Assembly (NCBI GenBank): GCA_050733915.1
Contig: JBOHUH010000031.1
Coordinates: 84-64,083 of the forward strand
Source of the DNA: Candidatus Dormibacteria bacterium
GTDB lineage: Bacteria; Chloroflexota; Dormibacteria; Aeolococcales; Bog-877
DNA: 64,000 nucleotides
Direction of reading: 5' to 3'
A program made the position numbers and the translations under genes. Shown here piece by piece: positions 46,990 to 55,689 of this stretch. Below the pieces are notes generated by a model, which was not told the origin of the DNA, did not search any database, and worked only from the letters and a program-made list of their open reading frames with translations. Numbering within the stretch: position 1 is the first letter of the stretch; each line of letters begins with the position of its first letter.

Positions 46990-47844
46990 CTAGAAGAGGA
47001 CGGTGCGCATGCTGCCGATGCGCCGGAAGCCAGTTCGCTCGTAAACCCTGATCGCAGGCTCGTTGAAGTCGTTGACGAACAGGGTCACCCACTCTGTGTC
47101 CTCAAGGAGCTGCTGGCAGAGGGTGGCCATGGCCCGGGTGGCCCGGCCCTGGCGGCGGAATTCGGGGTCGGTCCAGACCCCCTGAAGTTGGACCGCCTCC
47201 GGGGTGACCGAGGAGCACTCCGCCTTGAAGACCACCCGACCGCCCTCCATCCAGACATAGATGCGGCCCCGGCGGATCAGCGCCAGGACCCGCTCGCGGT
47301 ACCCGGAGGGGTCGACCGTCATGGGGTCGAAGCCCACCTCTTCGAGGTGCATGGCGGCGCTGGCTTGGACCAGCGGCTCCAGCTCGTCGGACCGGGCCCG
47401 GCGCAGCGGCGGCGGGTCGCTGGGCATCGGCGCCGCCGAGGCCTGGTCGAGTGCGTAGTGAGGCTGCTCGGCGCGGAGGGTGCGCACCGGCGGAAGCCGG
47501 TCGGCCAGTTGCTCTTGGAGCCGGGCCACCTGGTCGCTGGGGCCAACCATGAGCTGGATCCAGGGGACGTGGGGCCGAAGTGCCCGGGCCAGGGCGTCCA
47601 GGTCTCCGGGGTCGGGGGCCCAGGGAACCACCAGCGGCCCGTGCATCAGGACCCCCCGCAGCCGCCGCTCCAGGGCGTGCTCCACGCCTAGTAGGGATCC
47701 CTGTCGGAGCGCGCCCTGGCGGATCTCGCTGCGCAGGAAGACCGTCTCCAGAGGGTGCTCCTCCAGGCAGGCCTCGACCAGGGAGGAATCGGACGCCCAC
47801 AGCTGACGAGTCCGAGGCTGGCGGTTGAGGGCCCGCCGGAGCAT
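46990..47844 (-). CDS. GNAT family N-acetyltransferase (DUF4081-GNAT architecture)
   Basis: The C-terminal GNAT motif A is QGVWTDPEFRRQGRATRAM, followed by RVYERTGF. The start is set at ATG 47844. The upstream 167 codons of the ORF overlap the next gene and are low-complexity. Confidence 0.8.
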   Translation of the reverse strand: MLRRALNRQPRTRQLWASDSSLVEACLEEHPLETVFLRSEIRQGALRQGSLLGVEHALERRLRGVLMHGPLVVPWAPDPGDLDALARALRPHVPWIQLMVGPSDQVARLQEQLADRLPPVRTLRAEQPHYALDQASAAPMPSDPPPLRRARSDELEPLVQASAAMHLEEVGFDPMTVDPSGYRERVLALIRRGRIYVWMEGGRVVFKAECSSVTPEAVQLQGVWTDPEFRRQGRATRAMATLCQQLLEDTEWVTLFVNDFNEPAIRVYERTGFRRIGSMRTVLF

Positions 47845-47861
47845 GGCGCGATTATGGAGGT

Positions 47862-48521
47862 CTAGGCGGGACGCGGGTCGGCGCGGGCGCCCTGAGCCAG
47901 ACGCGCTCCGAGGAGCAGGATCCAGAGCAGCTCCAGCCCCAGAAAGGCTCGCTCGTACAGGCCGTCGAGGGAGTTGGCGCGAAGCTGGGTGTGGCCCAGG
48001 AGCAGCAGCGGGACCAGTGCCACCAGCGCAATCACCAGCAGCGGGGCGGAGATCCCGCGCAGCACCGCGAGGTGGCGCACCGCCCCCGAGAGCACGATGG
48101 TGCCCACGGCGACGCAGAGGAAAGCGACCAGGGCGAGGATCAGGTGGATCTGTCCGGAGGTGGTTGCTGGCGTCCCCGGCGGGTTGTCCGGAAAGAACGC
48201 CAGCAGTCCGGAGCCGATCCCCCAAGCTGCGAGCAGGGCCGCCCCGCCCCGGAGCCAGCCGCTCTGTCCGCGCACGCTGAGGAGCGCTCCCGCCAAGAGC
48301 AGGGAGAGGGCGCCGCGGAGCAGGAAGTTGACGTCCATCAGCCACGCGTAGGGACCCACGCCGTAGTCGCTCTCGGCGCGGTGCAACAGGCTGAGGTCGG
48401 GCCGCAGCACGGCCAGGAGCACGTCGATGAGGACGTACACCACAACCCCGAGGCAGGCCAGGAGCGCCAGTCGCGCGGTGGCGGTCCGGGGCGGTTGGGT
48501 GGCGGTGCTGACGCTGTTCAT
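47862..48521 (-). CDS. DUF998-like membrane protein
   Basis: The 219-aa protein has six or more hydrophobic segments and an AESDYGVGPYAWLMDVNF block typical of DUF998. Confidence 0.7.
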   Translation of the reverse strand: MNSVSTATQPPRTATARLALLACLGVVVYVLIDVLLAVLRPDLSLLHRAESDYGVGPYAWLMDVNFLLRGALSLLLAGALLSVRGQSGWLRGGAALLAAWGIGSGLLAFFPDNPPGTPATTSGQIHLILALVAFLCVAVGTIVLSGAVRHLAVLRGISAPLLVIALVALVPLLLLGHTQLRANSLDGLYERAFLGLELLWILLLGARLAQGARADPRPA

Positions 48522-48583
48522 GACCCGTTCCTGATGGTGGCGGCAGGTGCTGCGGCGCAGGCTAGCAGGGAGGTGGCAAAACT

Positions 48584-48621
48584 GTCAACAGTGTTGACTA
48601 ATGGGCCAGCCACGCTATCCT
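48584..48621 (+). promoter_or_regulatory. perfect 7-1-7 palindrome (GTCAACA-G-TGTTGAC) overlapping a TTGACT-16-TATCCT promoter; likely MarR operator
   Basis: The palindrome spans 48584-48598. The -35 element TTGACT is at 48594-48599 and the -10 element TATCCT is at 48616-48621. The MarR GTG at 48629 lies 7-8 nt after the -10, which implies a leaderless transcript. Confidence 0.5.
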
Positions 48622-48628
48622 TGGCCAG

Positions 48629-49237
48629 GTGAGTCCCAAAGCCTCCGGGCAGGACCGGTCAGTCCCGCTGGTGGTGCTCTTGGCGCGGGGTATCAGGGAG
48701 TATCGAACCGCGGTCCGGAGCCACCTCGCGGCGGCGGGGTTCGATGACCTGCCCCGCTCCGCGGCTTGGCTGCTGACCAGCCTTGAGCCCTCGCCGGGGA
48801 CGCTGGGGGGGCTGGCCGCCGGTCTCGGGACCAGCAAGCAGAGCCTGAGCCGTCTTAGCGAGACGCTGGTCGAGCGTGGCTATTTGAGCCGGGAGATGGA
48901 CCGCGGCGACCGGCGCCGGGTCCGGCTGGACCTGACCGCGCGGGGCCGGGCCGCCGCCGCCCTGGTGGCCGCCGCCGTCAAAGAGGTCGACTCCGTGATC
49001 ACGGCCCGAGATGGGGGTGCCTCCTGGGACTGCGCCATCCGGGCGCTGCGACGGCTCTTCGACGATCCGCAGCTGCCGCGTCCCGGAGCAGCGCCGGCTA
49101 CTCCAGGGGCGGCGGGGAGAGCGAGTCAGGAAGCAGACCCGCCGCGTAGCGGAAGTCAGCGAAGTAGGCGTGGGCCGCCCGGTCGATCAGGTCTGGGGTC
49201 AGCGCCGGGGCCTGACCGAGGTAGCTGGCGACGCTGA
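48629..49237 (+). CDS. MarR family transcriptional regulator
   Basis: The winged-helix core is LGGLAAGLGTSKQSLSRLSETLVERGYLSREMDRGDRRRVRLDLTARG. The last ~50 aa are low-complexity and overlap the 3' end of the convergent ATPase gene. Confidence 0.8.
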   Translation: MSPKASGQDRSVPLVVLLARGIREYRTAVRSHLAAAGFDDLPRSAAWLLTSLEPSPGTLGGLAAGLGTSKQSLSRLSETLVERGYLSREMDRGDRRRVRLDLTARGRAAAALVAAAVKEVDSVITARDGGASWDCAIRALRRLFDDPQLPRPGAAPATPGAAGRASQEADPPRSGSQRSRRGPPGRSGLGSAPGPDRGSWRR

Positions 49238-50534
49238 CAATCTGACCTACCAGGTCGCGCGGCTGGCAACCGCGCAGGGGGCGGTCGCTGGGGTCGTAGT
49301 GCTTGCTCAGGAGGTAGTCCACCGCGGCGTCTTGGTAGGCCACCCCGGTATCGCGGCAGACCTGGCGAAAGATCGCCCGGAACTCCTCCCGGGTGGGGTC
49401 GCCGACCAGGGTCTTGTAGCGCACCCGGCGCAGGAAGGCCTCGTCGACCAGCTCCGAGGGGTCGAGGTTGGTGGAGAGCAGGAGCAAGGTGGCGTAGGGG
49501 ACGCTCACGGTGGTCCCGGCCCGGGTGATATTCAGGTAGTCGATCCCGGTCTCCAGGGGCACGATCAGGCGGTTGAGTATCTCTCTCGGGGTGATCACCT
49601 GGCGCCCGAAGTCGTCGACGTGGAGGATCCCGCCGTTGGCCTTGACCTGGAGCGGCGCCTCGTAGAAGCCGAGGACCCGGTCGAATGCCGGCTCCAGCTG
49701 CTGGGCCCTGAGCTCGCCGCCGGTGCGCACCACTGGCCGGTAGACCAGGGTCCAGCGCTGATCGTGGACGAGGGGGGGGCCGGCTACCGGCCGGTGATGC
49801 ACCGGATCGAAGACCCGCACCACCTCGCCGTGGACGTAGAGGGCGTGGGGGATGAAGATCGGCGAGCCCAGGACCGCCGCGCAGCCATGGGCTATCGAGC
49901 TCTTGCCGTTGCCAGGGGGCCCAAAGAGGAACAGCGCCTGCCGGGCGATCAGGGCCGAGCCCACCACGTCGACCACGTGGTCGGGAAGCACCAGGTCCCC
50001 CAGGGCCGCCCGCATCGACTCGGAGCTCACCCCGACCGGGGCGACGGCCAGACCGGCGGCGCTGGCCAGGTAGTCGTCCAGCGGTACGGGAGCCGGCCCA
50101 GCGTACTGGCTGAGCTGGAGGGTCTCCCGGGCGCGCTCACGTCCCGCTCCGGTGAGCGCGTACTCCAACCCCTCGGCGAAATCCTCATGAGCCCGGGTGT
50201 GGGTTCGAGCGCCGGTGGTGCCGCAGAAGTTCTCCTTGGTGACGAAGGCCACCGCCTCACTGGTCACCGTCCAGGGCAGGCAGACCAGAGCGGCGAGATC
50301 GCGCCCCAGGAGGTTGCCGTTGAAATAGAGAACCTTCAGCACCAGGTCGCAGACAAACGAGAAGGGCAGACCCAGGCCGGCGACGGACGTGGGTGGGGCG
50401 GGGCAGTAGACCGTGGCCGGACCGTGGGCGACCGCCGCCGTTTCCAGCGGCGGGGCCTCCACCGAAGGAACCTCCGGGGCGGGGCGCGCCGAGGGGGGTG
50501 GCGGTGCTTCTTGGGGTGCGGGATGGGTGCTCAT
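49098..50534 (-). CDS. AAA+ family ATPase with N-terminal winged-helix-like domain, function unknown
   Basis: In this 478-aa protein Walker A is LFGPPGNGKSS and Walker B is ILHVDDFGRQ. A sensor/arginine block (LVDEAFLRRVRYK) and an N-terminal region (FVCDLVLKVLYFNGNLLGRDLAALV...YALTGAGRERA) are also present. Confidence 0.85.
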   Translation of the reverse strand: MSTHPAPQEAPPPPSARPAPEVPSVEAPPLETAAVAHGPATVYCPAPPTSVAGLGLPFSFVCDLVLKVLYFNGNLLGRDLAALVCLPWTVTSEAVAFVTKENFCGTTGARTHTRAHEDFAEGLEYALTGAGRERARETLQLSQYAGPAPVPLDDYLASAAGLAVAPVGVSSESMRAALGDLVLPDHVVDVVGSALIARQALFLFGPPGNGKSSIAHGCAAVLGSPIFIPHALYVHGEVVRVFDPVHHRPVAGPPLVHDQRWTLVYRPVVRTGGELRAQQLEPAFDRVLGFYEAPLQVKANGGILHVDDFGRQVITPREILNRLIVPLETGIDYLNITRAGTTVSVPYATLLLLSTNLDPSELVDEAFLRRVRYKTLVGDPTREEFRAIFRQVCRDTGVAYQDAAVDYLLSKHYDPSDRPLRGCQPRDLVGQIVSVASYLGQAPALTPDLIDRAAHAYFADFRYAAGLLPDSLSPPPLE

Positions 50535-50675
50535 ATTTCGGTCTGCGCACGAAATCTAACCGCTGGACCCTCCCCTTGGCTGCATCGCTGTGCCGCGGCC
50601 GTCAATCACCGCGCCAGCCATCGGGCAGAGCCGGCGATTGGCCCAGGAGCCGGTGCCACCGGCGTGCAGTGGGGG

Positions 50676-50725
50676 TTGACCGGCCGTCCACCGTCAGGGA
50701 TACTACCTATCTAGCAATATAGATA
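50676..50725 (+). promoter_or_regulatory. candidate promoter TTGACC-17-GATACT and 6-6-6 inverted repeat TATCTA-gcaata-TAGATA (possible GntR/YtrA operator)
   Basis: This is an AT-rich island in GC-rich DNA. The inverted-repeat arms are at 50708-50713 and 50720-50725, around the predicted transcription start. The GntR GTG at 50748 is preceded by GGAG. Confidence 0.35.
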
Positions 50726-50747
50726 CCCTAGTTCTCTGGAGCTCACG

Positions 50748-51140
50748 GTGATCGAATTCCATCTCGACACCCGGTCTGGGGTCGCCCCGTACCAGCAGGT
50801 CGTCCAACAGGTGCGACATGCCCTGCGGCTCGGCCTACTCGAAGTCGGCGACCAGCTCCCGACGGTGAAGGAGGTGGTCGCCACCCTGGCGATCAACCCG
50901 AATACGGTCCTCAAGGCCTACAAGGAGCTCGAGCACCGAGGTCTGGTGGTTGCTCGGCCCGGAATCGGCATCTTCGTCACCAAGACCCTGACGGACGACT
51001 CGCTGGCCGCCCACGGCGCCCTTCGGGCCGAACTCAGGCGATGGCTTTCCAACGCCCGCCACGCGGGGCTCGACGACGAGAGCATTGAGGCGCTCTTTCG
51101 CGACGTCATTCGGTCCGCCTCCAGGGAGGCGGTAGCGTGA
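50748..51140 (+). CDS. GntR family transcriptional regulator (YtrA-like, short)
   Basis: This 130-aa protein has the winged-helix block PYQQVVQQVRHALRLGLLEVGDQLPTVKEVVATLAINPNTVLKAYKELEHRGLV and a short C-terminal domain. Confidence 0.85.
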   Translation: MIEFHLDTRSGVAPYQQVVQQVRHALRLGLLEVGDQLPTVKEVVATLAINPNTVLKAYKELEHRGLVVARPGIGIFVTKTLTDDSLAAHGALRAELRRWLSNARHAGLDDESIEALFRDVIRSASREAVA

Positions 51141-52030
51141 CTGCCACCGTCTTGGAGGCGGACGGTCTGGGCAAGCGCTACCGCCGCAAGTGGGCGCTCT
51201 CGGAGTGCACTCTCGCCATTCCCTCCGGGAAGGTGGTTGCGCTGGTGGGGCCTAACGGCGCCGGAAAGACGACCCTGATGCATCTCGCCGTCGGCCTCCT
51301 CCAACCCAGCGCGGGGTCGGTCGCCGTCCTGGGAGGGCGTCCCGGCACGGCGCGGAACCACCTCGCTGGCATCGGCTTCGTGGCTCAGGACGCCCCCACC
51401 TACCCGGGGCTGTCAGTCCGCGATCACCTGAGGTTCGGCGAGTGGATGAACTCGACCTGGGATGCGAAGCTCGCTGAGGATCGAATCGACCATCTTCACC
51501 TCGATCCCCGCCAGAAAGCCGGCCAACTCTCGGGCGGTCAGCGTGCCCAGTTGGCCCTGACCCTCGCGGTGGCGAAGCGCCCCGAGTTGCTGGTGCTGGA
51601 CGAGCCCGTCGCTAGCCTCGATCCCCTGGCGAGGCGTGAGTTCCTGCAAAGCCTGATGGAGGTCGTCGCCGAGCAGGGCGCGAGCGTGATCCTGGCCTCC
51701 CACCTGGTCGCCGACCTGGAGCGGGTGTGCGACTACCTGGTCTTGCTCATTGGCTCGCGGGTCCAGGTGGCCGGCGACATCGATGAGCTGCTTGGCACCC
51801 ACCGGCGCCTAACCGGCCGAAGACTCGGAAAGGACCTGCCGCCGAGTGACCAGCAGGTCATCCTCCAGAGCCACACCGACCGGCAGAGCACGCTTGTGGT
51901 GCGGACCGCAAAACCCATCCTCGATCCTGCCTGGTCGGTAGATCGGCTCGACCTCGAAGACCTGGTCCTGGCGTACATGACCCGGGCGGTTGAACAAGAC
52001 CGGCGGCCGCACCTGGAGGTCCGCTCCTGA
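51137..52030 (+). CDS. ABC transporter ATP-binding protein
   Basis: Walker A is GPNGAGKTT, the signature is LSGGQRAQ, and Walker B is LLVLDEP. The gene overlaps the GntR stop. Confidence 0.9.
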   Translation: MTATVLEADGLGKRYRRKWALSECTLAIPSGKVVALVGPNGAGKTTLMHLAVGLLQPSAGSVAVLGGRPGTARNHLAGIGFVAQDAPTYPGLSVRDHLRFGEWMNSTWDAKLAEDRIDHLHLDPRQKAGQLSGGQRAQLALTLAVAKRPELLVLDEPVASLDPLARREFLQSLMEVVAEQGASVILASHLVADLERVCDYLVLLIGSRVQVAGDIDELLGTHRRLTGRRLGKDLPPSDQQVILQSHTDRQSTLVVRTAKPILDPAWSVDRLDLEDLVLAYMTRAVEQDRRPHLEVRS

Positions 52031-52041
52031 TCCGGCTGACG

Positions 52042-53037
52042 TTGCGCCAGTTCCGCACCGAAGCGGTTATAGGCTTCGGCTTGCTCGCGGTACTGGCGAT
52101 CGTGCTCGCTATCACCGGGATCCACCTGGCTCAAGTGGACCACGCCTTCGAGGCCAGGTGCAGGGCCGCGGGCACCTGCGCTCTGGCGCCGAACCCCATC
52201 GTCGGTGAGGATCAGGGACTGCAGGCCCTGGTGCCGATCATCGCGCTGGTGACCCCAGCGCTGATCGGGCTGTTCCTCGGTGCTCCGCTCATCGCCCGCG
52301 AATTCGAGACCGGCACCTTTCGACTGGCGTGGACCCAGAGTGTCAGCCGCCGGCGCTGGCTCGCGGTGAAGCTCGGACTGGTGGGTCTGGCCGCAGTGGC
52401 GATCGCGGGGCTGCTCACGTGGCTGGTGGACTGGTGGCAGAGCCCCTTCGATTCAGTGGCTCAGGAGAGCTTTGGGCCACTGCAGGTTGGCTTCCACGGC
52501 GTCGCGCCGATTGGCTACGCGGCGTTCGCATTCGCCTTGGGGGTTACTGCAGGCGTGGTGCTGCGACGCACCGTCCCCGCGATGAGCGCGACTCTCGTGG
52601 GCTTTGTGGTAGCGCGCGTGGCAGTGACCAACTGGGTCCGCCCGAATTTTGCTGCCCCAGTCCACAAATCGCTATCGCTCCTGTCCGCGACCTCACATCC
52701 CGTGCTCGAGCTACAGGCGCCAGCGTATAAGCTCGCGCTCGTCCCTCCCCTGGTGACTGTCCGGAACGGGTGGGTCTATGCTACCGAGGTCGCCGACAGG
52801 TCCGGCCACGCGCCCAATGTTCTCCGTGCCTGTCCCGCGCTCCACGCGACGCCCGCCTCGCCGCAGAGCGTCCATGCGTGTCTCACCAAACTCTCCGCAA
52901 CCTTCCACACGGTGGTTACGTACCAGCCGGCTACTCGCTTCTGGCCCTTCCAGTGGGCGGAGCTGGGGGCGTTTCTGGCGGCCGCCTTGGTACTCTGCGC
53001 GTTCTCCTACTGGTGGCTGCGACGCCAGTATGGCTGA
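52042..53037 (+). CDS. ABC-2 type transporter permease-like membrane protein
   Basis: The 331-aa protein has six hydrophobic segments and the REFETGTFRLAWTQSVSR block typical of ABC-2 permeases partnered with YtrA-type operons. The start could lie a few codons upstream. Confidence 0.75.
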   Translation: MRQFRTEAVIGFGLLAVLAIVLAITGIHLAQVDHAFEARCRAAGTCALAPNPIVGEDQGLQALVPIIALVTPALIGLFLGAPLIAREFETGTFRLAWTQSVSRRRWLAVKLGLVGLAAVAIAGLLTWLVDWWQSPFDSVAQESFGPLQVGFHGVAPIGYAAFAFALGVTAGVVLRRTVPAMSATLVGFVVARVAVTNWVRPNFAAPVHKSLSLLSATSHPVLELQAPAYKLALVPPLVTVRNGWVYATEVADRSGHAPNVLRACPALHATPASPQSVHACLTKLSATFHTVVTYQPATRFWPFQWAELGAFLAAALVLCAFSYWWLRRQYG

Positions 53038-53294
53038 CCCTGGCCACATCCGACGCCGGGTCGCGGCCCGCGCCAACGCGGGCGGGTGCCCTCTCGTCTG
53101 CTGCTGGAGGGTGGAGCGGCTCCTACCGGCGCCCGAGTGGGGGTTCGATCTCTCAGGACGGTGCTCCTTGGTCGGCAACGCGGCCGCCGTAGCTGGAGTT
53201 GGGGCGGACATAGGGCCACCCCTCCAAGAGGGCGCGGGCGAAGCGCTCCACCTCGCCGTTCATCCGGGTGTGCTATTGCTCGCGTTTGGGTTGG

Positions 53295-55082
53295 TCAAGA
53301 CTGGCCGGCCGGTCGGGGGAGTCGGGCGGCAGATTCGAGGAGGAGGGCGTGGGCGAACGCTTGGGGGACGTTGCCCCGCAGCTGGCGTTGGCGGACGTCG
53401 TATTCCTCGGTGAGCAGCCCGGGCGGACCGCACGCCGCCCGGTTGCGTTCGAACCACGACCTGGCCTCGGTGTCCCGGCCTTGCTGGTGGGCGGCCAACG
53501 CCATGAAGAACCCGCACAGCACGAATGCTCCTTCTGCTTCGTGCAATGGGCGCTGGTCGTGGCGGAACCGGTAGACGTAGCCTTCGCGGCCGAGCTCGTC
53601 GGCCACCGCAGCGACGGTGGCGCGGCTGCGAGGGTCGTCGGCGGGGAACGCCCCCCTAATTGCGGGCAATAGCAGGGCGGCGTCGACCCGGTCGTCGTCG
53701 GGGGCTCGCTGCCAGCGCCCGCTCGGATGCACGCAGTGCGCGGCGGCGTCGGCGGCGATGGTGTCGGCCAGGCTGCCCCAGCGGGCCGCTTCGTGAGGTA
53801 TGGCGACCGCGGCGATGGCTCGCAGACCGGCCACGCACATGAGCCGGGAGTGCGCCCAGCGCCGATTGTCGAGCTCCCAGATGCCAGCATCGGCGTTGCG
53901 CCATCGGGCCTCGATGGCAGCCACGGTGGCTTGAACCGCCTGCCAGTGGTCGCTGGCGAGATGGTCGTGGTGGCCGGCCGCGGCGAACAGCAGGAGCGCT
54001 TCGCCGAACGCGTCGAGCTGGAACTGGCTGTTGGCCGAATTGCCGATCTTGTCGCTGCCGCCCGGGTAGCCAGCCAGGTGCGGCAGACTTCGTTCGTCGG
54101 GGACACGCCCGCCGTCGATCCGGTACGCCGGTTTCAGCTCTGGCCCGTCGCCTAGAGCTCGCTCCGCGATGAAGCGCACGGCGCAGTCGAGGAGCGGCTG
54201 GGGCTGTGTGACGGCGACGGCTTGACCGGCGTAGGCCTGGTCCCGGATCCAGGCGTAGCGGTAGTCGTAGTTGCGGCCGGCCTCGGCCCGCTCGGGCAGG
54301 CACATGGTGGCGGCGGCCACCATCCCACCGCCGGCGCTGGTAAGGCCTCGCAGCACGGCATAGGCGTGGCGGGCGTCGCGAGGGGCCAGGGTGTCGGCCA
54401 GCTCGGGGACCGTCTTGGTCCATGACACTTGGGTGGCCTCCCAGGCGACCGAAGCGTCGACAGGCGCGTCGGCCAAGGCGTGCTCGCCGACCTCCAGGAC
54501 TAGGTCGTGACGGGCCCCGGGTTCGAGATCGATATCAAGGCTCAGCGCGCCATCATCCGCGGACGTGGCACGCTGGGCGCCCGACCAGCGTAGGTACAGG
54601 CCGCCGCTGCGGGCCGTCCATGTCCCCTGGTGGCGCTGCGCGCGGGTCATGGGCCGCCGCCCGAAGTCGGCCCGGGCGTCGAGGATCGCCCGGACGTTGG
54701 CCGGGCCGTGTACGGCGGTGACCTGGCGCAGGATGACCGCGGTGTGCGCATCAGCCGGGAAGGCGAGCGCTTCGCGGCATTCGATGATCCCGGTGGAGGT
54801 GACCCACCGCGACCGCCAGATGAGGGTGCCCGGCTCGTAGTATCCGCCCCACACGAACCGCGGGTCGGTGGGGGTGACGGCGTAGAGGCCGCCGCCGCCG
54901 ATCAGGGTCGAGAACACCGCAGGCGAGTCCCACCGGGGGGCGCACATCCAAGCGAAGTCACCGCGGGGCCCGACCAAGATGCCGCGTTCACCGTCCGCGA
55001 GCAGGGCGTACTCACGCAGCACATGGGGAGGGAATGCGTCGACCCGGTCGGGTGGCCCGACTCGCGGTTTGGGGGCGGTCAC
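53295..55082 (-). CDS. glycoside hydrolase family 15 protein (glucoamylase/trehalase-like)
   Basis: The 595-aa protein runs from GTG 55082. It has the N-terminal YALLADGERGILVGPRGDFAWMCAPRWDSPAVF block and the (alpha/alpha)6 region blocks NYDYRYAWIRD and LLTEEYD. Confidence 0.85.
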   Translation of the reverse strand: MTAPKPRVGPPDRVDAFPPHVLREYALLADGERGILVGPRGDFAWMCAPRWDSPAVFSTLIGGGGLYAVTPTDPRFVWGGYYEPGTLIWRSRWVTSTGIIECREALAFPADAHTAVILRQVTAVHGPANVRAILDARADFGRRPMTRAQRHQGTWTARSGGLYLRWSGAQRATSADDGALSLDIDLEPGARHDLVLEVGEHALADAPVDASVAWEATQVSWTKTVPELADTLAPRDARHAYAVLRGLTSAGGGMVAAATMCLPERAEAGRNYDYRYAWIRDQAYAGQAVAVTQPQPLLDCAVRFIAERALGDGPELKPAYRIDGGRVPDERSLPHLAGYPGGSDKIGNSANSQFQLDAFGEALLLFAAAGHHDHLASDHWQAVQATVAAIEARWRNADAGIWELDNRRWAHSRLMCVAGLRAIAAVAIPHEAARWGSLADTIAADAAAHCVHPSGRWQRAPDDDRVDAALLLPAIRGAFPADDPRSRATVAAVADELGREGYVYRFRHDQRPLHEAEGAFVLCGFFMALAAHQQGRDTEARSWFERNRAACGPPGLLTEEYDVRQRQLRGNVPQAFAHALLLESAARLPRPAGQS

Positions 55083-55504
55083 GTGTGCCGCCTGGCCGCC
55101 AGGTGGGCGCCGAGACGCACCGTCAGGGGCACCATGGTCAGCGCCGGGTTGGCCGACCCCTGGGTGGGGCAGACGCCGCCGTCGCTCAGGTACGGGTTGG
55201 GGATCACCCACCAGCGCTGGTGGGCGTCGACCACGCGATTGTCCGAATTGCTGCCCCTGCGGGCACCGCCGATGAGGTGGGCGTGCCGGAGGAAGGTGAG
55301 CAGGTCCTGGGCGCAGGGGGCGTGGAGGATGTCGGTGATGACTTTGGTGGAGTAGGCGATGTTGGCCCGGCCATTCTCGCACAGGCTGAAATCGAAGTGC
55401 GCCACGGGCAACCCATGGCGCTCCTTCTCAGACGCCACGGTGACCCGGTTGTCGGGCCGGGCCAGCAACTCGTTCAGCACTGGATGTTGCTTCGGGGTTG
55501 TAGT
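55079..55504 (-). pseudogene. C-terminal fragment of a GMC-family oxidoreductase (truncated remnant)
   Basis: Only the last ~135 aa of a GMC_oxred_C-like domain are present (HLIGGARRGSNSDNRVVDAHQRWWVIPNPYLSDGGVCPTQGSANPALTM). The ~400-aa FAD-binding N-terminal part is absent, and the space is occupied by the arg promoter and argC. A GTGA overlap joins the fragment to the GH15 start. Confidence 0.55.
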
Positions 55505-55667
55505 CGCGCGACTACCCGGTGCGCACTGCCTCGGCCAAGGCCAGCCTCTACGCCCGCGAAAAACACCAGCCACCTGGGCGGGCTGCGTGGTCACTCGGGA
55601 CCCCGTCCTCGGGGGGGGCTCACCGCCGGGCTGGGAATGACGGCCGCCTTCTGGTGGGTGAACGGTA

Positions 55668-55689
55668 TCTATGCCATAAATATGCAATG
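55668..55689 (+). promoter_or_regulatory. ARG-box-like palindrome upstream of argC
   Basis: The sequence CTATGCCATAAATATGCAATGA contains the half-sites TGC(C)ATA and TATGCA separated by AA. It sits in an AT-rich patch 20-40 nt upstream of the argC ATG (55708). Confidence 0.45.
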
